NCBI GenBank assembly: GCA_040285825.1
Contig: JAUPSS010000004.1
Span: 2,832,550-2,896,549, forward strand
Reading direction: 5' to 3'
DNA: 64,000 bases
From: Eukaryota sp. TZLM1-RC
Taxonomy: Eukaryota; Protista; Metamonada: BaSk clade
Shown here: positions 11,401-22,584 of the stretch, one piece after another
How positions within the stretch are numbered: the stretch's first letter is position 1
Layout of the letters: every line of letters begins with the position of its first letter
The notes under the pieces: generated by a model
Seen by the model: only the letters and a program-made list of their open reading frames with translations
Database searches by the model: none
What the model was told of the DNA's origin: nothing
Translations under genes and position numbers: made by a program

Positions 11401-12155
11401 AAGTTTTGTGAATAGCTAAACAAAACAATAATGGGCCTAAAGGATCACCTTGTTTCACACCAGAAGATGATTTAAGACCAAATGAATTAAATATTAAATC
11501 TGAGTCTTTTCCAAGTTGGAATTGAAACAAAGTCTTATAATGGTAATTTTGATATGTTTATGCACATTCACTTTCATCATTTGGTCAATTTTGTCGGAAA
11601 TTGAGTTCAACTTATCAAACAATTCTTTGGTAATTTCATCATTATTTCCTGAAAACGAACCCAACTGAGAATAGCATCCATTGTATATAATTTGGCTTGT
11701 ATTTCAATACCATCAACTATTGTAGAAACTGGAGAGTTTGAAAGTACAACACAATTAAGTAAGTTAAGTCGAAGGCCAATTTTGTTCAATATATCTTTGA
11801 AACATTCAGTTGCTTCTCTGAAATTTTTCAATTGTGTAAAGCAAAATATTATTGATTCTCTTTTTTGATAAAACTTTTAGAACAAATCTTCAAAGTGTTG
11901 GTGATAGAATTCCAACAGTGGTGCACCACGAGAATTTTGCAATACTGTTTTTGTCTTTGCGTTAAGGGAAATTTCCTCCTCACTTTGAGACGTGACCACA
12001 AGATAAGTGTCACGAAAAAACTGCGTTTCAATTTGTGGTAAAAAATGATTGAGGCTTAAGTCAAAAAGATGCAAATAATAACCACAAATGAATTCTAAAC
12101 CAAGAATAGAAATTTCCTGACACCTTATTATTGCCTCATCGATCACCTCAAGCAT
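8385..12155 (-). pseudogene. Fanzor1-type (TnpB-like RuvC) nuclease pseudogene 'A', split by a retroelement insertion at 10189-11823
   Basis: N-term IDEAIIRCQEISILGLEFICGYYLHLF..LPQI (11877-12155), NFKNNIQEHY, SSIETDGISVSF, RuvC-I AADPGKSDLL (~9410), IGIGDW*..EPTKGKGLRILF, RuvC-II IDEFRTSCCCFNC (~8640-8675), CKSC..WNRDRNVSLNM RuvC-III (~8490-8545), GDRP. Multiple stops and frameshifts. Confidence 0.88.
10189..11823 (-). mobile_element. 5'-truncated, internally deleted, mosaic CRE-like non-LTR element (family 1 with a family-2 RT piece at ~11200-11520)
   Basis: RLE region HALNCSKLITYRSSLHDAVRD and family-1 3' UTR at ~10195-10260. GVKQGDPLGPLLFCLAI..AYIDD. Imperfect 12-bp TSD TTTGTCAATTGT (10177-10188) / TTTTTCAATTGT (11824-11835). 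Confidence 0.88.
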
Positions 12156-12159
12156 TTTC

Positions 12160-12480
12160 GGATGTCAAATTTGAGAATATTAAAACCACATATTATATGA
12201 GGATTAAAAGTTTCCAATAATTTTTTAAATGAACTCAGTATTTCTTTTTCAAACGAATGACGATATAAAGTGATATTTCTTCATCAACATTGCAATCATG
12301 TTGATTTCAGCTTGTTGATTTTTCTACAAGATCACACAAACAAAGATTTGATTCAATCTGTTCTCGAGTAAAAATATGAGAAACAGAATCTGCAACAATC
12401 TTTCTTTTAGATTGATAGTAAGAAATGTAATGTTTTCTTGCAGAAATGACAATTATTTCATGTGAAATATCGGTTTGTAC
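12160..12480 (-). pseudogene. Family-B DNA polymerase 3'-5' exonuclease relic
   Basis: Reads FEKEILSSFKKLLETFNPHIICGFNILKFDI (~12160-12265), matching the PolB ExoII pattern E.ELL..F......PDII.GYNI..FD. Upstream TDISHEIIVISA is weaker support. Confidence 0.55.
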
Positions 12481-12866
12481 ATTTTGCTATTTCTTTTTTT
12501 GGTAATGTTGAACCTTCACGATTGCATTTCTTTGACGATTTGAAAACAGTTTTGCAAAATTGCTCTCAAAAAAGATGAACTCTTCGTTTTGGTTAAACAG
12601 AATTGTTTTTTGCATTTTCAACAATGATTTCTAAAGCTCTTTTAGTTATTGGTGTAGAATATGAACGAAATGCTGTGAGTAGGTTAAGTAATAGTGATGC
12701 TTGTTTGGAGGGTAATTAATTTTAGATAATTTTTTGGTTCAAAAATTTAAACAAAAAATAGTAAATCAAATTCCATTTTTTATTTAATATTTTTATTACA
12801 ATTTTTGAATTAATACTTAAGATTACTCAGCGTGAGCCCCAGTAATTGCTGAAATTTCAATTACTC

Positions 12867-13100
12867 TCAATCATTACTGGAACAATTACTGGATTGCCAT
12901 CCTATTCTTATATCCCTTTTTTTGGTGTAACCAGGTTGGAAATAGTGTGGTTCATGTTCGATTTTCAAACACATTTCATGTGCAGCTGGTATTATGAAAT
13001 TCCTGGTAAGTTGTTTTTGACTTTTTTTGTGTTTTTTGGAACAGAGTCCACTTTTCCTGGAGATTTGGTAATCTATATGTACATCCAAATTGGATGATCC
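12867..13100 (-). mobile_element. Possible restriction-like endonuclease fragment of another non-LTR family
   Basis: LC...KH....TR.......EHEPHY.....KRDIRI resembles the C-H-R..EP..RPD RLE layout. Confidence 0.35.
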
Positions 13101-13571
13101 AAATTTAAAACACTGATGCATTGTTATTTTAACCTTCAGGAACTAAATCGCTAGCCGTAGTTCTAGTTGTTGTGGGTTTAATCCATTAAATTATGTTGAA
13201 TTTTGTTGTTATTAAATTCTCAAAGTTTGGGTTATTTACAGATATTTTAAGATCAGTTAGCAAAACGACATCATCATCAGTATTATGGTTTTTTTAAGTT
13301 GGATTGAATGACTTTTTACATCATTTAATTATTTAAAAATGATTCTAACACGTCAGAAAGGACTGTTGTACAATGTGTGCTCAAATTGATTTGATTAAAT
13401 TAAATGATCAAATTAATATTTGATTTTATGTTTATTCAATATATGTCTTATTACAAGCAACGGAATCAAAGTTAAAAATAGCGAAATGCAATTACTTGAA
13501 TAATGCTAAATCTTTCCTAACAAACTTTTTTTAAGAAATAATAAATAAGAATTTTATTTGTTTCAAAAACC

Positions 13572-14156
13572 TCAACTTTCCAAAAAATCCTCAGTAAGCC
13601 TAACATCATTAGCCCCCGTCACTGTATCAGAAACAGTAGAACTCTGCAATTGTGGCCGCTCAGAAAGGGTTATTGATTTTGACCTAGGTGTTTGATTTCG
13701 CGAGACCAACTCAGCCTTTGACATCACAAACTTCCTTTCCACTTCTGCTATAGGTACCAATGTCTCTTTCTCCTCGCCTTCAACCTTGGATGCTAAGACA
13801 TGTTTAGGGTAAACATCAGTAAGTGCAGTAGGAGAAGCTATTATAACCTTGGAACCAATGTGGAAGGTAACGTCACCATTGCTCCAGTGAACAACATTGG
13901 TGTTCGACTGTATTTGTCCATTCGATTCTCTGACCGAGATAGTGTATGGAGAATCTGAAGAATCATTGTAATGAAGAAATCCCGGTGGTATAAGATAATG
14001 TCTAGTATTATTTGGAAAGGAGGGTATTTCAGAAGGAAGTTTAATGGTAATGTCCTCAGGTTCCATGGGAGTACCCTGAGCTTCAGTGGGTGTAGTCTCT
14101 GTTTCCGAAAAGTCTGACAGATCTGATATACCAAAGAGTTCTTGTAAGGAAGCCAT
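13572..14156 (-). CDS. LEO1: Leo1-like protein (Paf1 complex), short
   Basis: QSNTNVVHWSNGDVTFHIG matches the Leo1 ESNARIVRWSDGSLSLHIG motif. Start placed at MASLQELFG (14156). Confidence 0.65.
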   Translation of the reverse strand: MASLQELFGISDLSDFSETETTPTEAQGTPMEPEDITIKLPSEIPSFPNNTRHYLIPPGFLHYNDSSDSPYTISVRESNGQIQSNTNVVHWSNGDVTFHIGSKVIIASPTALTDVYPKHVLASKVEGEEKETLVPIAEVERKFVMSKAELVSRNQTPRSKSITLSERPQLQSSTVSDTVTGANDVRLTEDFLES

Positions 14157-14221
14157 TGAAAAATGAACAAAAAATGAAACTATGGAGAATATATAATCCA
14201 CTTCATTGTATCCAAAAATAG

Positions 14222-14593
14222 ATGAACTTTCCAATATGCCGAGTTACTTCAAAGCTTCAGAAATGGTACACGGTACTTACAGCCGAGCTCCGTGAAATAG
14301 AGCAGGATATACGATTAGTTCGTCAACTCAAAGAAAAGTATAACTCAAAATCGTTCGTTACATCAATCCAAAAGCTTGAATCAAGACAGAATATTCGTCA
14401 GGAGTATCTCAAACGCATAGAGACTATTATGAAACTTCACTCTCTCCATATTGACAGTGGAAAGTCTCTCATTAAGAAATTGACGAATGAGTTCAATGTA
14501 GATGTTGATCATGAACAACCTGATGTGACGGGGGCAATGCAGTCGTCACGGATCATGTCTCAGTCGTATATTGGTTTATCTACCAATGATTAG
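14222..14593 (+). CDS. Small hypothetical helical/coiled-coil protein
   Basis: 123-aa ORF with gene-like composition, divergent from the Leo1-like gene. Confidence 0.55.
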   Translation: MNFPICRVTSKLQKWYTVLTAELREIEQDIRLVRQLKEKYNSKSFVTSIQKLESRQNIRQEYLKRIETIMKLHSLHIDSGKSLIKKLTNEFNVDVDHEQPDVTGAMQSSRIMSQSYIGLSTND

Positions 14594-14856
14594 GTTATTA
14601 TTTCAATGTTTAATCAACTGTATTATAGTCGCGTGAGATGTTTGTTATGTGTGGTGATATCTGCTGGAATGCTTCTGATTTCACACCAATGTGGTCAATT
14701 TTTCAATTTTACTGTTGAATAAATGGAAATTAATTGAATTAATCATAAACTAAAACAGTTGTTTTATTAGCTTTATATTGGACTGTAAGACTAGCCTTAG
14801 ACTCTGTTTCACTTTAAGGAGACTTTAATGAGACTTTAAGGAGCAGAATTCTGGAG

Positions 14857-15309
14857 TAGGGGTGTCCAGGTTCGGTTTTGGTTCGAAACCAAACCCACTT
14901 TTTCCGAAACCAAGCTGGAACCAAAACCACCGGTTCCGAAACCGGAAAACAAAAACCGCCAGCTAAAATTTTCATCAATTTTTATTTTTTTGAATTTATA
15001 AATGATAATATTAATGATGTTATTATTTGCAAGTTTTTGATGAGTTTCTTGTTGTTGAAATAAAAAATATTAAATTTACTGTAATTATCTCTACACAAAA
15101 ACGCAATTTGTATTGAATATTCTTTTGATTTAATAAAAAAATTGTTATATTTCTTACTCTTAAATTACTGGTTTTCTGGTTCGCAACCGGAACCAAAGAA
15201 TCAGAAACCGAACTGGAACCAAAACCAGACTGATTTTAGGAACCAGACTGAAACCGAACCTGGCTTTTGGTTTGGAACCTGGTTGGGAACCAAACCTTGC
15301 ACAGTCCAG
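14857..15309. mobile_element. hAT-like non-autonomous element (MITE)
   Basis: Imperfect TIRs TAGGGGTGTCCAGGTTCGGTT / AACCAAACCTTGCACAGTCCAG. Dense subterminal (G)AACC(G/A) repeats at both ends and an AT-rich core. Degenerate flank duplication TTCTGGAG / ATCTGGAC. Confidence 0.65.
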
Positions 15310-16939
15310 AATCTGGACTAGTACGATTGTTCATGATTAATTAATCTTAATTGTTAAAAAAATTAATGAATTATTAATTAAAATATAATAGATTTTTCCA
15401 TTTTAAAAAAATGATGAGATTAATTTGTGATTCACTGTTCTCTTTTGGTCGTTTTTCGAAATTGTTGAGAAGGCACGGTTTTCAAGTTGTTTAAGAACTT
15501 GAGAATAGTAAAAAATGTATTTGAAAAAGTCAGTGTTTGAAACTTAATTTAAACGATCAAGTTTCAGAAAAATCAACTGATAGTGTGTATTCATATTCAT
15601 GATTGTAACATCACAAAATATCCGGCCATTTTAACGTGATGTCTGCTGTTTAATACAGTCATACAGCTTTTTGGTATGGAGAATATTGCAAATGAACCAT
15701 GATTCCTCCCTCATCTCTAAGTTTACCTTACATTAATATAACAACAGACGTCATCATTACACTGCCACGTCATGACTTGGTCTGCCACGTCATCATAATT
15801 TATACTCTTTTTCAGTGATGCCTGAATCTACTTATGATTCCAAGGAAGTCACAGCGAAGAAACAAAATCACCTAGATATAGATCAAATGATTTTTATTGT
15901 TTAAAATCGTAATTCAAGTTAGCTCCTCTTCAAACACAAATAATGAACCTGAGGGTTAGCTTTAACATCATTAGTAGTTTCAAGTATTAATAATGTGGAC
16001 TCAAAAAATCAAGAAATAATGGTAAACTAATCAGCTAAAACTGTTATTGTTGGTGTCCTTGTGCTTATGTGATATAAAAAGTTAGAATAAAATCAATCAA
16101 TTTCAACTGTTCAACTTAAGTCAAAGTTATAGCGATTGACAATCGACAGTTGAGAGCTCTATGTATTTTCACCAAAAATACACTGTTGAACTTCACTGAA
16201 GCTTCAACAGTTTCATCTTAAACTTCATAATATAGAGCAAGAAATTATAAAATTTGACTCAAACATTCTGGACACATGAGATTAACTTCTTTATTAATTT
16301 AATAAATCAATAACAACAGCAATAGAATTTATTATGTACATTTTTATTGTGACAGAAAAATTCGGTTGGAAAAATTGTACCATACCATTATTAATTATAG
16401 AATCAGAAAATGGCTTGTATTATCTATTGTCTTTTGGACTGTCTCAAGAATTCATTTTGTTACGTAATTCATGTCCGGAACTGGTCAGTAATCTCCAAAT
16501 CTGTTCCTTTGCAGAAACGACGTCTTTGATGGGATTGAGACAAATAGTAGATATCTGTTCAGCAAGATCATTGTCATAGCATTCATCTGGGAAGTATCAT
16601 GTGGGGCAGCACTAGGCTGATTGAAGATCTCAGTTGCTGTTTTACCATCAAGCATCTGTTTCGGGTTGAATGTATCATCATGACTTTGTTCGAAAAGGTC
16701 ACAATGGTCTTGCTCATATAAATTTTTATTTTCCCAAGACATTGGAGAAAGACTTGGCGGGATGATAAATTAGTTTAACTTGCTGAATCTGGATTCAGTG
16801 TTTTCCTCAGACTGTTCAAGAAATTCCCAAACGATCACTCACAAATTGACGTTTCTGCCTGAAAATGCTTCAGCACTATCTGCTTAAATTGTTTGACAGC
16901 TTGGATCATGAAGTAAGACTTGACCAAAACTGAAATTCT

Positions 16940-18541
16940 TGCCTTTGCAAATTTCTTTGAAAGACATTCGTAATAGTTCTGCTTCTTCTTTAGTTATTCA
17001 AATTCCCTCTATCTATGGACTTCTTTCAAAAAACAATAAGTGGCTTTTCAACACGCGTTTTTATTGTTTTCTATGGCCAAACAATATGCCTAATCATTTA
17101 ACATGTACTTCATCTTGCTTTTGTGGCTCACCTTGGCTATACTATACTATGTTGGTGCCTTGAGCTCTACTTCACTTTGGAGTCATAAATCAACCATAAG
17201 TCTCATTCACCTGTTTCTAACGCTCTGACTTAACGCTTGCAGACCGAAACAATGAACAAGACTTTGAAAATAGAACATTAATTATCCAATAAACAAGATT
17301 TTAATCTGAATTTAGATCGACTGACACAAACTATGTGGGATTTTGTTTGGGTGAATTAAATTCCTTCATAAGGTTTATTTATTATTATTATTTTATTATT
17401 TTCAAACAAGAAAATTATCAATCAATATGAAGGAGAAGGCAAAAGAATGAGGCATAAAGTGGGTGTGTCAATTAGTAATCAAATCATCGTTATTTTCAAC
17501 AAACTTGAAAATATTGGTCTCTTCAGCTTTACGTATAAAACAATGACCGTACTTGATCATCCAAGCCTTCAAAAATTACCGTCAGGTTTTGTTGAAGCTT
17601 TTTTTACACGACACTTAAAATAAATTACATTTCTTGGAGGAATCCCTTGCACTGAGTCAGGAAAACTTTGACACCAAAATTTTGGTGCAACTTTATCAAT
17701 TACAGTATTGAGCTCATGCAAATACTTACTAGATATGGATTAAGCAAATGACATTCTTCAGGGAAACGATTGAGAAATTCAAAAACAAAACTTTTGCCTC
17801 CATTTTTTCTACAAAAGCTGTTTGGAAAATTTTGTAAAGCCAACATTACCAAATTATTTTTAAACAGACAATGCTGGTTTTTAGCAAAACTTGCTAAATG
17901 TATTGGAAACATTGTTGAAACAGCTCAATAGCCTCCATCCTTTTGAAATGTTTAAGTGTCCTACACCAATCAGCATGGATTATTTGGATTAGAATCATTT
18001 AACTAAGGATTTATTGTTCAAATTAATCAACAATTTACCCTCTGAAAAACCCGCCTGGACCATGATTGTTGACCTTTGAAATGTTGAAGCCAGCAATGAA
18101 CCGGTGTTTTGAATGAATTGACGATTTGGTCTCGTTTTTTTCAGAAATTTTTTCAATGAAGATGAAGCTTCCCTCTGAAATGACAGGTTTATGGTTGATT
18201 GCATAAAAAAAAGAAAATAGCGAAAATAATTAAAAATAAATAAATGCGACATGTGAGACCTTGACTCGAATTTTAGCTTCAGCTGTTTTCTTGTCATTAA
18301 ATTCAAATTATTTAGTTTTAATTAATTGAATTCAAATTCTTCAGGTTTCATAGTCTTTATTAAAGATTTCTGGTGATTCAAAAAAATTCAATAGCATTCT
18401 ATTCAAAAGTAATCTCAATTGCAACTGATTGGACAACATTTCAAGACAACCGATGAGAGAGATATCGGCCACATTGCCAACAACTTGCAAATACGAATAT
18501 TTTTCTTTAATTGATACCAGGGATTCTTGAAGTGCATACAA
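16940..18541. mobile_element. Cluster of degraded CRE-like family-2 fragments (16940-17130 +, ~17540-17830 -, 18341-18541 -)
   Basis: DIRNSSASSLVIQIPSIYGLL..FLWPNNMP; GGKSFVFEFLNRFPEECHL; IKEKYSYLQVVGNVADISLIG (decayed YxDD). Confidence 0.65.
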
Positions 18542-18649
18542 AGTATTGAACGATCAACCCAAAAAATGTTCTTGTTTTACAGTATATGAGAATTTGAATG
18601 AAAATACATTACGTACCAATTGACTGGAGATTAAATAGAACAAGTAAAA

Positions 18650-20862
18650 GAAGAATTAAGAAGTTCTTGTTTGACTGCACTTGTCAAAAATTCAAAAATG
18701 GATGTTCGTCCTATTGCAGTCTCTGAGAGCTTACACAATATTTTTTCTGCGTGTTGCATAAGCAGGTTCAATGAGAAAGCAAAAAAATTTTTTTACCCTT
18801 TCAATATGGTATTAATACCACAGATGGAGTCTCTTCAGCGATTTTTGCTACTGATGTTTTATTTCGCCAAAATGAATCCAATGTTTGTATGTCATTGGAT
18901 TTTAGTAATGCTTTCACTTCACTAAGTCGCCGCAGTATCCATGGTGCTCTATTGCAATATATGCCGCAATTAATACCGTATTTTCAATCAACATATTGCA
19001 CATATTCTAATTTACATTTTGGTAATAACATTTTGAGTTCATCAAGTGGTGTAAAGCAAGGAGATCCGTTAGGACCGCTTCTGTTTTGTTTGGCCATTCA
19101 TCCTATTTTATTGCAAATTCAAGAGATGTTTCCTTCGCTAAAAATGATTGCATATATGGATGATGTTGTGCTCATTGGTGATTTAAATATTGTGAAACAA
19201 GCAACTGTATGTTTTAAAGAATTATTATTATTTACCAAAATTGGTCTCCGACTTGATTTACTTAAATGTGTTTTGTTATCGAATTCTCCAGTTTCCACAA
19301 TAGTTGATGGTATTAAAATTCAAGCCAAATTATATTCAATTGATGCTATTCGTCATTTGGGTTCGTTTTTAGGAAATAACGATGAAATTACCAAAAAATT
19401 GTTTGAAAAGATGAATTCAATTTCCGACAAAATTGACCGAATGATGAATTTAGATATACAAAAACACATCAAATTTACCATTATAAGACTGTGTTTTAGT
19501 TCCAATTTCAATCATATATTTGGATCTACAAATCCTCATGTCACAAGGCCTTTGGCTCAGAAGTTTAATGAGTTACGTGCAAAAGTTCTGTTTCAATAAC
19601 TGGGATGTAAAATGTTTCAAATTCCAGATCATGCTTACCTTAGTCCACATTATGGCGGTTTAGGGTGGACGAAGGCTTCTATTCTTACCTCGTGTGCTTT
19701 TGTTGGTGGATGCAGAAATGCAATCTTTGAGTTTTCCGAAAGATTTGCAGATTGGGGAGATTTATTGACGACAACGCAAAGTTCCACTGTTTTTGCATTA
19801 AATGAAGAAATTTCAAAAATTGATGTAGAAAAATGGGGTCGACGTTTTCCCCAATCATTCAATGGCAATATTCCAGAAAAAAAAGTTTTAAATTTGAAGT
19901 ACACTCTTCGAACATTACAGAAAAGATTGACTGGAATGTATGAAAAAGATCTTTATAATAATATATGCAGCTCGATTGTTTTAAATCAAGATCTTCACTC
20001 ATTGTTATTGGAAAAGGGTGTTTGTGAAAGCAAGTCTTCAGATTCTTCACTTTTTGTAACCATTGTACCACGAAGATTTGGATTGTGTGCCACTAACGAA
20101 GCATTTGTAACAAAAATGAGATTATATTTGAATATCCCCATTAATCAATTATTATCAAAAGAAAATTGTATTTGTTCAAATTCACCTCAACTCACTTTGC
20201 GCCATGCTCTGAATTGCTCTAAATTGATAACTTATCGTTCTTCATTACATGATGCTGTTAGAGACACTGTTTTCAATATGACACAAAATGCAAGAATATC
20301 GTGTATCAAAGAGCCTCTGCTGAAGGAAACACTTTCTCTGAATAATTTTGGTTCTGGTGATAGAGGTGATGTATACTGTGATTGGATTGATAATTCTGAA
20401 GCTATTGTTGACTTTGTCTCATGTAATGTTGCAAATGATACTTTGGTTCACAGAAGAAAACTTAATCCTGTGGCTGCTCTGGATTTTAAAGCAAAAGAGA
20501 AACATAGAAAATATGATAAAGATATTGAAGAGGCTAATGTCGATAGAAATACACAGCTGGTTTTTATTGCTTTCCCATTTTCGAAAAATGGAAGACTATC
20601 AGTTGAAGCAGAAACTTTTTTGAATGACTTCCAAAAAATGGTGCAAGAAAAAACAATGAAAAGATTTGATATTTTTTTATGGCGTTCACGGATTCAATTT
20701 GCCATTATTAATAGATTACCACGGTTTTTTAATCGAATAAGAGAAGCTTTAGCTAGACAGCAAGCAGATCAAGATTTTGTAGAGGAAATCTTGGTTCAAT
20801 GATAGTCGTCCCATTAGTTATGAGTTATTTTAATTAACTGTGCAAATTCAATAAATACAATT
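18650..20862 (+). mobile_element. 5'-truncated CRE-like non-LTR retrotransposon (family 1), RT + CCHC/RLE, with frameshift and stop
   Basis: VRPIAVSE, LDFSNAF, GVKQGDPLGPLLF, AYMDD, CICS..HALNC..HDAVRD..EP..RGDVYCD..DF. 11-bp TSD AACAAGTAAAA at 18639-18649 and 20863-20873. Confidence 0.93.
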
Positions 20863-21038
20863 AACAAGTAAAATTAACGTGATAGTTTAATGAAATGTTT
20901 TTGAATAACTTAAAATTGCCTTTCATTTTGCACTCATTGACCTGACTTCACAGAGAAATAAGTAGATAATATTTGAATTCACTGCGTCTCCTCAAATTTC
21001 AACAATTATCGCACTTGATTTTAGCATCATCTTCAGAA

Positions 21039-22286
21039 ATGTCCGCCTGGTCTGATCTTAATCTTCCCGACTCCATATCTAATGCAGTCTCTGCTCTCAA
21101 TTGGACTGCACCCACACCAATACAATCTAAAGTAATACCTGTGCCCGATGAAAAGGATGTCATTGGCTTAGCTGAGACAGGTTCCGGAAAGACAGCTGCT
21201 TTCACTATTCCTATGCTGAAATCCTTCCTTCAATCCCCACGGCCCTTCTTTGGTCTCATTATTGCTCCCACAAGAGAGCTAGCCATCCAAATAGGTGACA
21301 CTGTCCGAGCCCTGGGCGGGCCTCTCTCCGTTAGGCAATCAGTACTGGTAGGTGGTGTAGACATGGTCACCCAGGCTCTCTCCCTCTCTAAACGCCCCCA
21401 CATCATCATTGCAACCCCAGGAAGACTTACTGATCACTTATCCACAACGAAAGGTTTCGATCTTTCACAGGTTGGTTACTTTGTTTTGGATGAGGCTGAT
21501 AGACTACTTGATTCCAGTTTCGAAGAAGAACTTTCCACTATTATAAAAGCTCTTCCTTCTAAAAGAAGAACTTTGCTGTTTTCGGCAACAATGACCCGGA
21601 AGGTGATTAAACTCCAAAGGGCAAGTCTTAATCAAAAAGTCGAAAAGATTGAAGTTGACCGGAAAGGGGCGACTGTCAAGACACTTTCCCAGTCATTTGT
21701 ATTCTGCCCAGCCAAGTATAAGGATTGCTATCTACTTTTAACATTAATTAAGCTATCTGGGAAGAGCACCATTGTGTTCACTTCTACCTGCGTTGCCACC
21801 CAAAGAATCGCTCTTGTCCTTCGAAATTTAGGATATTCTGCCATCCCATTACACGGGCAGTTAAACCAAGCAGAACGACTTGGAAGTTTGAATAAATTTA
21901 AATCTGGAAGTGATACTTTGCTGATAGCAACAGATGTGGCGTCTAGAGGTCTTGACATTCCCAGTGTTGATGTTGTCATTAATTATGATGTTCCTCCCAA
22001 TTCAAAGGATTATGTTCATCGAGTAGGAAGGACAGCAAGAGCAGGGCGTAATGGTAAGGCTATCTCTTTGGTCACACAATATGATATAGAAATGTTCCAA
22101 AAAATTGAGAATTTTGTTGGTGGAGATGATTATAAAATGGACCAATTCCAACTGGAAAAAGAAGAAGCTTTGGTGTTGTCAGAAAGGGTTAATGAAGCTT
22201 CTAGGTTAGCGAATACGCAATTAAAGGACGAAGCTGGTAGTAAAAGGAGAAGGAATGGAGGAGGAAGGAAGGTTAAAAGAAGGTAA
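21039..22286 (+). CDS. RRP3: DEAD-box rRNA helicase RRP3/DDX47
   Basis: PTPIQ, AETGSGKT, PTRELA, GGVDMVTQALSLSKRPHIIIATPGRL, DEADRLL, SAT, SKDYVHRVGRTARAGR. ATG at 21039. Confidence 0.93.
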   Translation: MSAWSDLNLPDSISNAVSALNWTAPTPIQSKVIPVPDEKDVIGLAETGSGKTAAFTIPMLKSFLQSPRPFFGLIIAPTRELAIQIGDTVRALGGPLSVRQSVLVGGVDMVTQALSLSKRPHIIIATPGRLTDHLSTTKGFDLSQVGYFVLDEADRLLDSSFEEELSTIIKALPSKRRTLLFSATMTRKVIKLQRASLNQKVEKIEVDRKGATVKTLSQSFVFCPAKYKDCYLLLTLIKLSGKSTIVFTSTCVATQRIALVLRNLGYSAIPLHGQLNQAERLGSLNKFKSGSDTLLIATDVASRGLDIPSVDVVINYDVPPNSKDYVHRVGRTARAGRNGKAISLVTQYDIEMFQKIENFVGGDDYKMDQFQLEKEEALVLSERVNEASRLANTQLKDEAGSKRRRNGGGRKVKRR

Positions 22287-22584
22287 TTGGAAGGTAATTG
22301 GAGGGTTAGTCTTTTGTTGGTTTCCTGATTTTTGCATATTTCTTATTTAATTATTTTTGATTTTGTCTTTAGAACTTTATTATTTTTTTTTGGGAATTTT
22401 TTAATAAATTAATTGGATTTTTATTGTATCCGATTTCATTATCTAATTCTGTGAAAATCCTTAGTCAAATGATTATCAATTTTTTTATTTAAATTATTGC
22501 AACAATAATGATTTTTTTAAATAAATTGATTTTTATTTTCATAAAAAGATTCAAACTGAATTCAAAACTGCAAAAACGAAAAGA

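Noticed and set aside
13138-13170. Helitron-like 3' end (GAACTA..TAGTTC hairpin + CTAG)
   Set aside because: The hairpin overlaps the CTAG instead of preceding it, and there is no Rep/helicase evidence.
18545-21038. Possible eroded Fanzor end upstream of RRP3 (ERSTQK.CSC...RD...*PDF across the retroelement TSD)
   Set aside because: Too many stops and too few conserved residues to support by eye. Worth an nhmmer test but not called.
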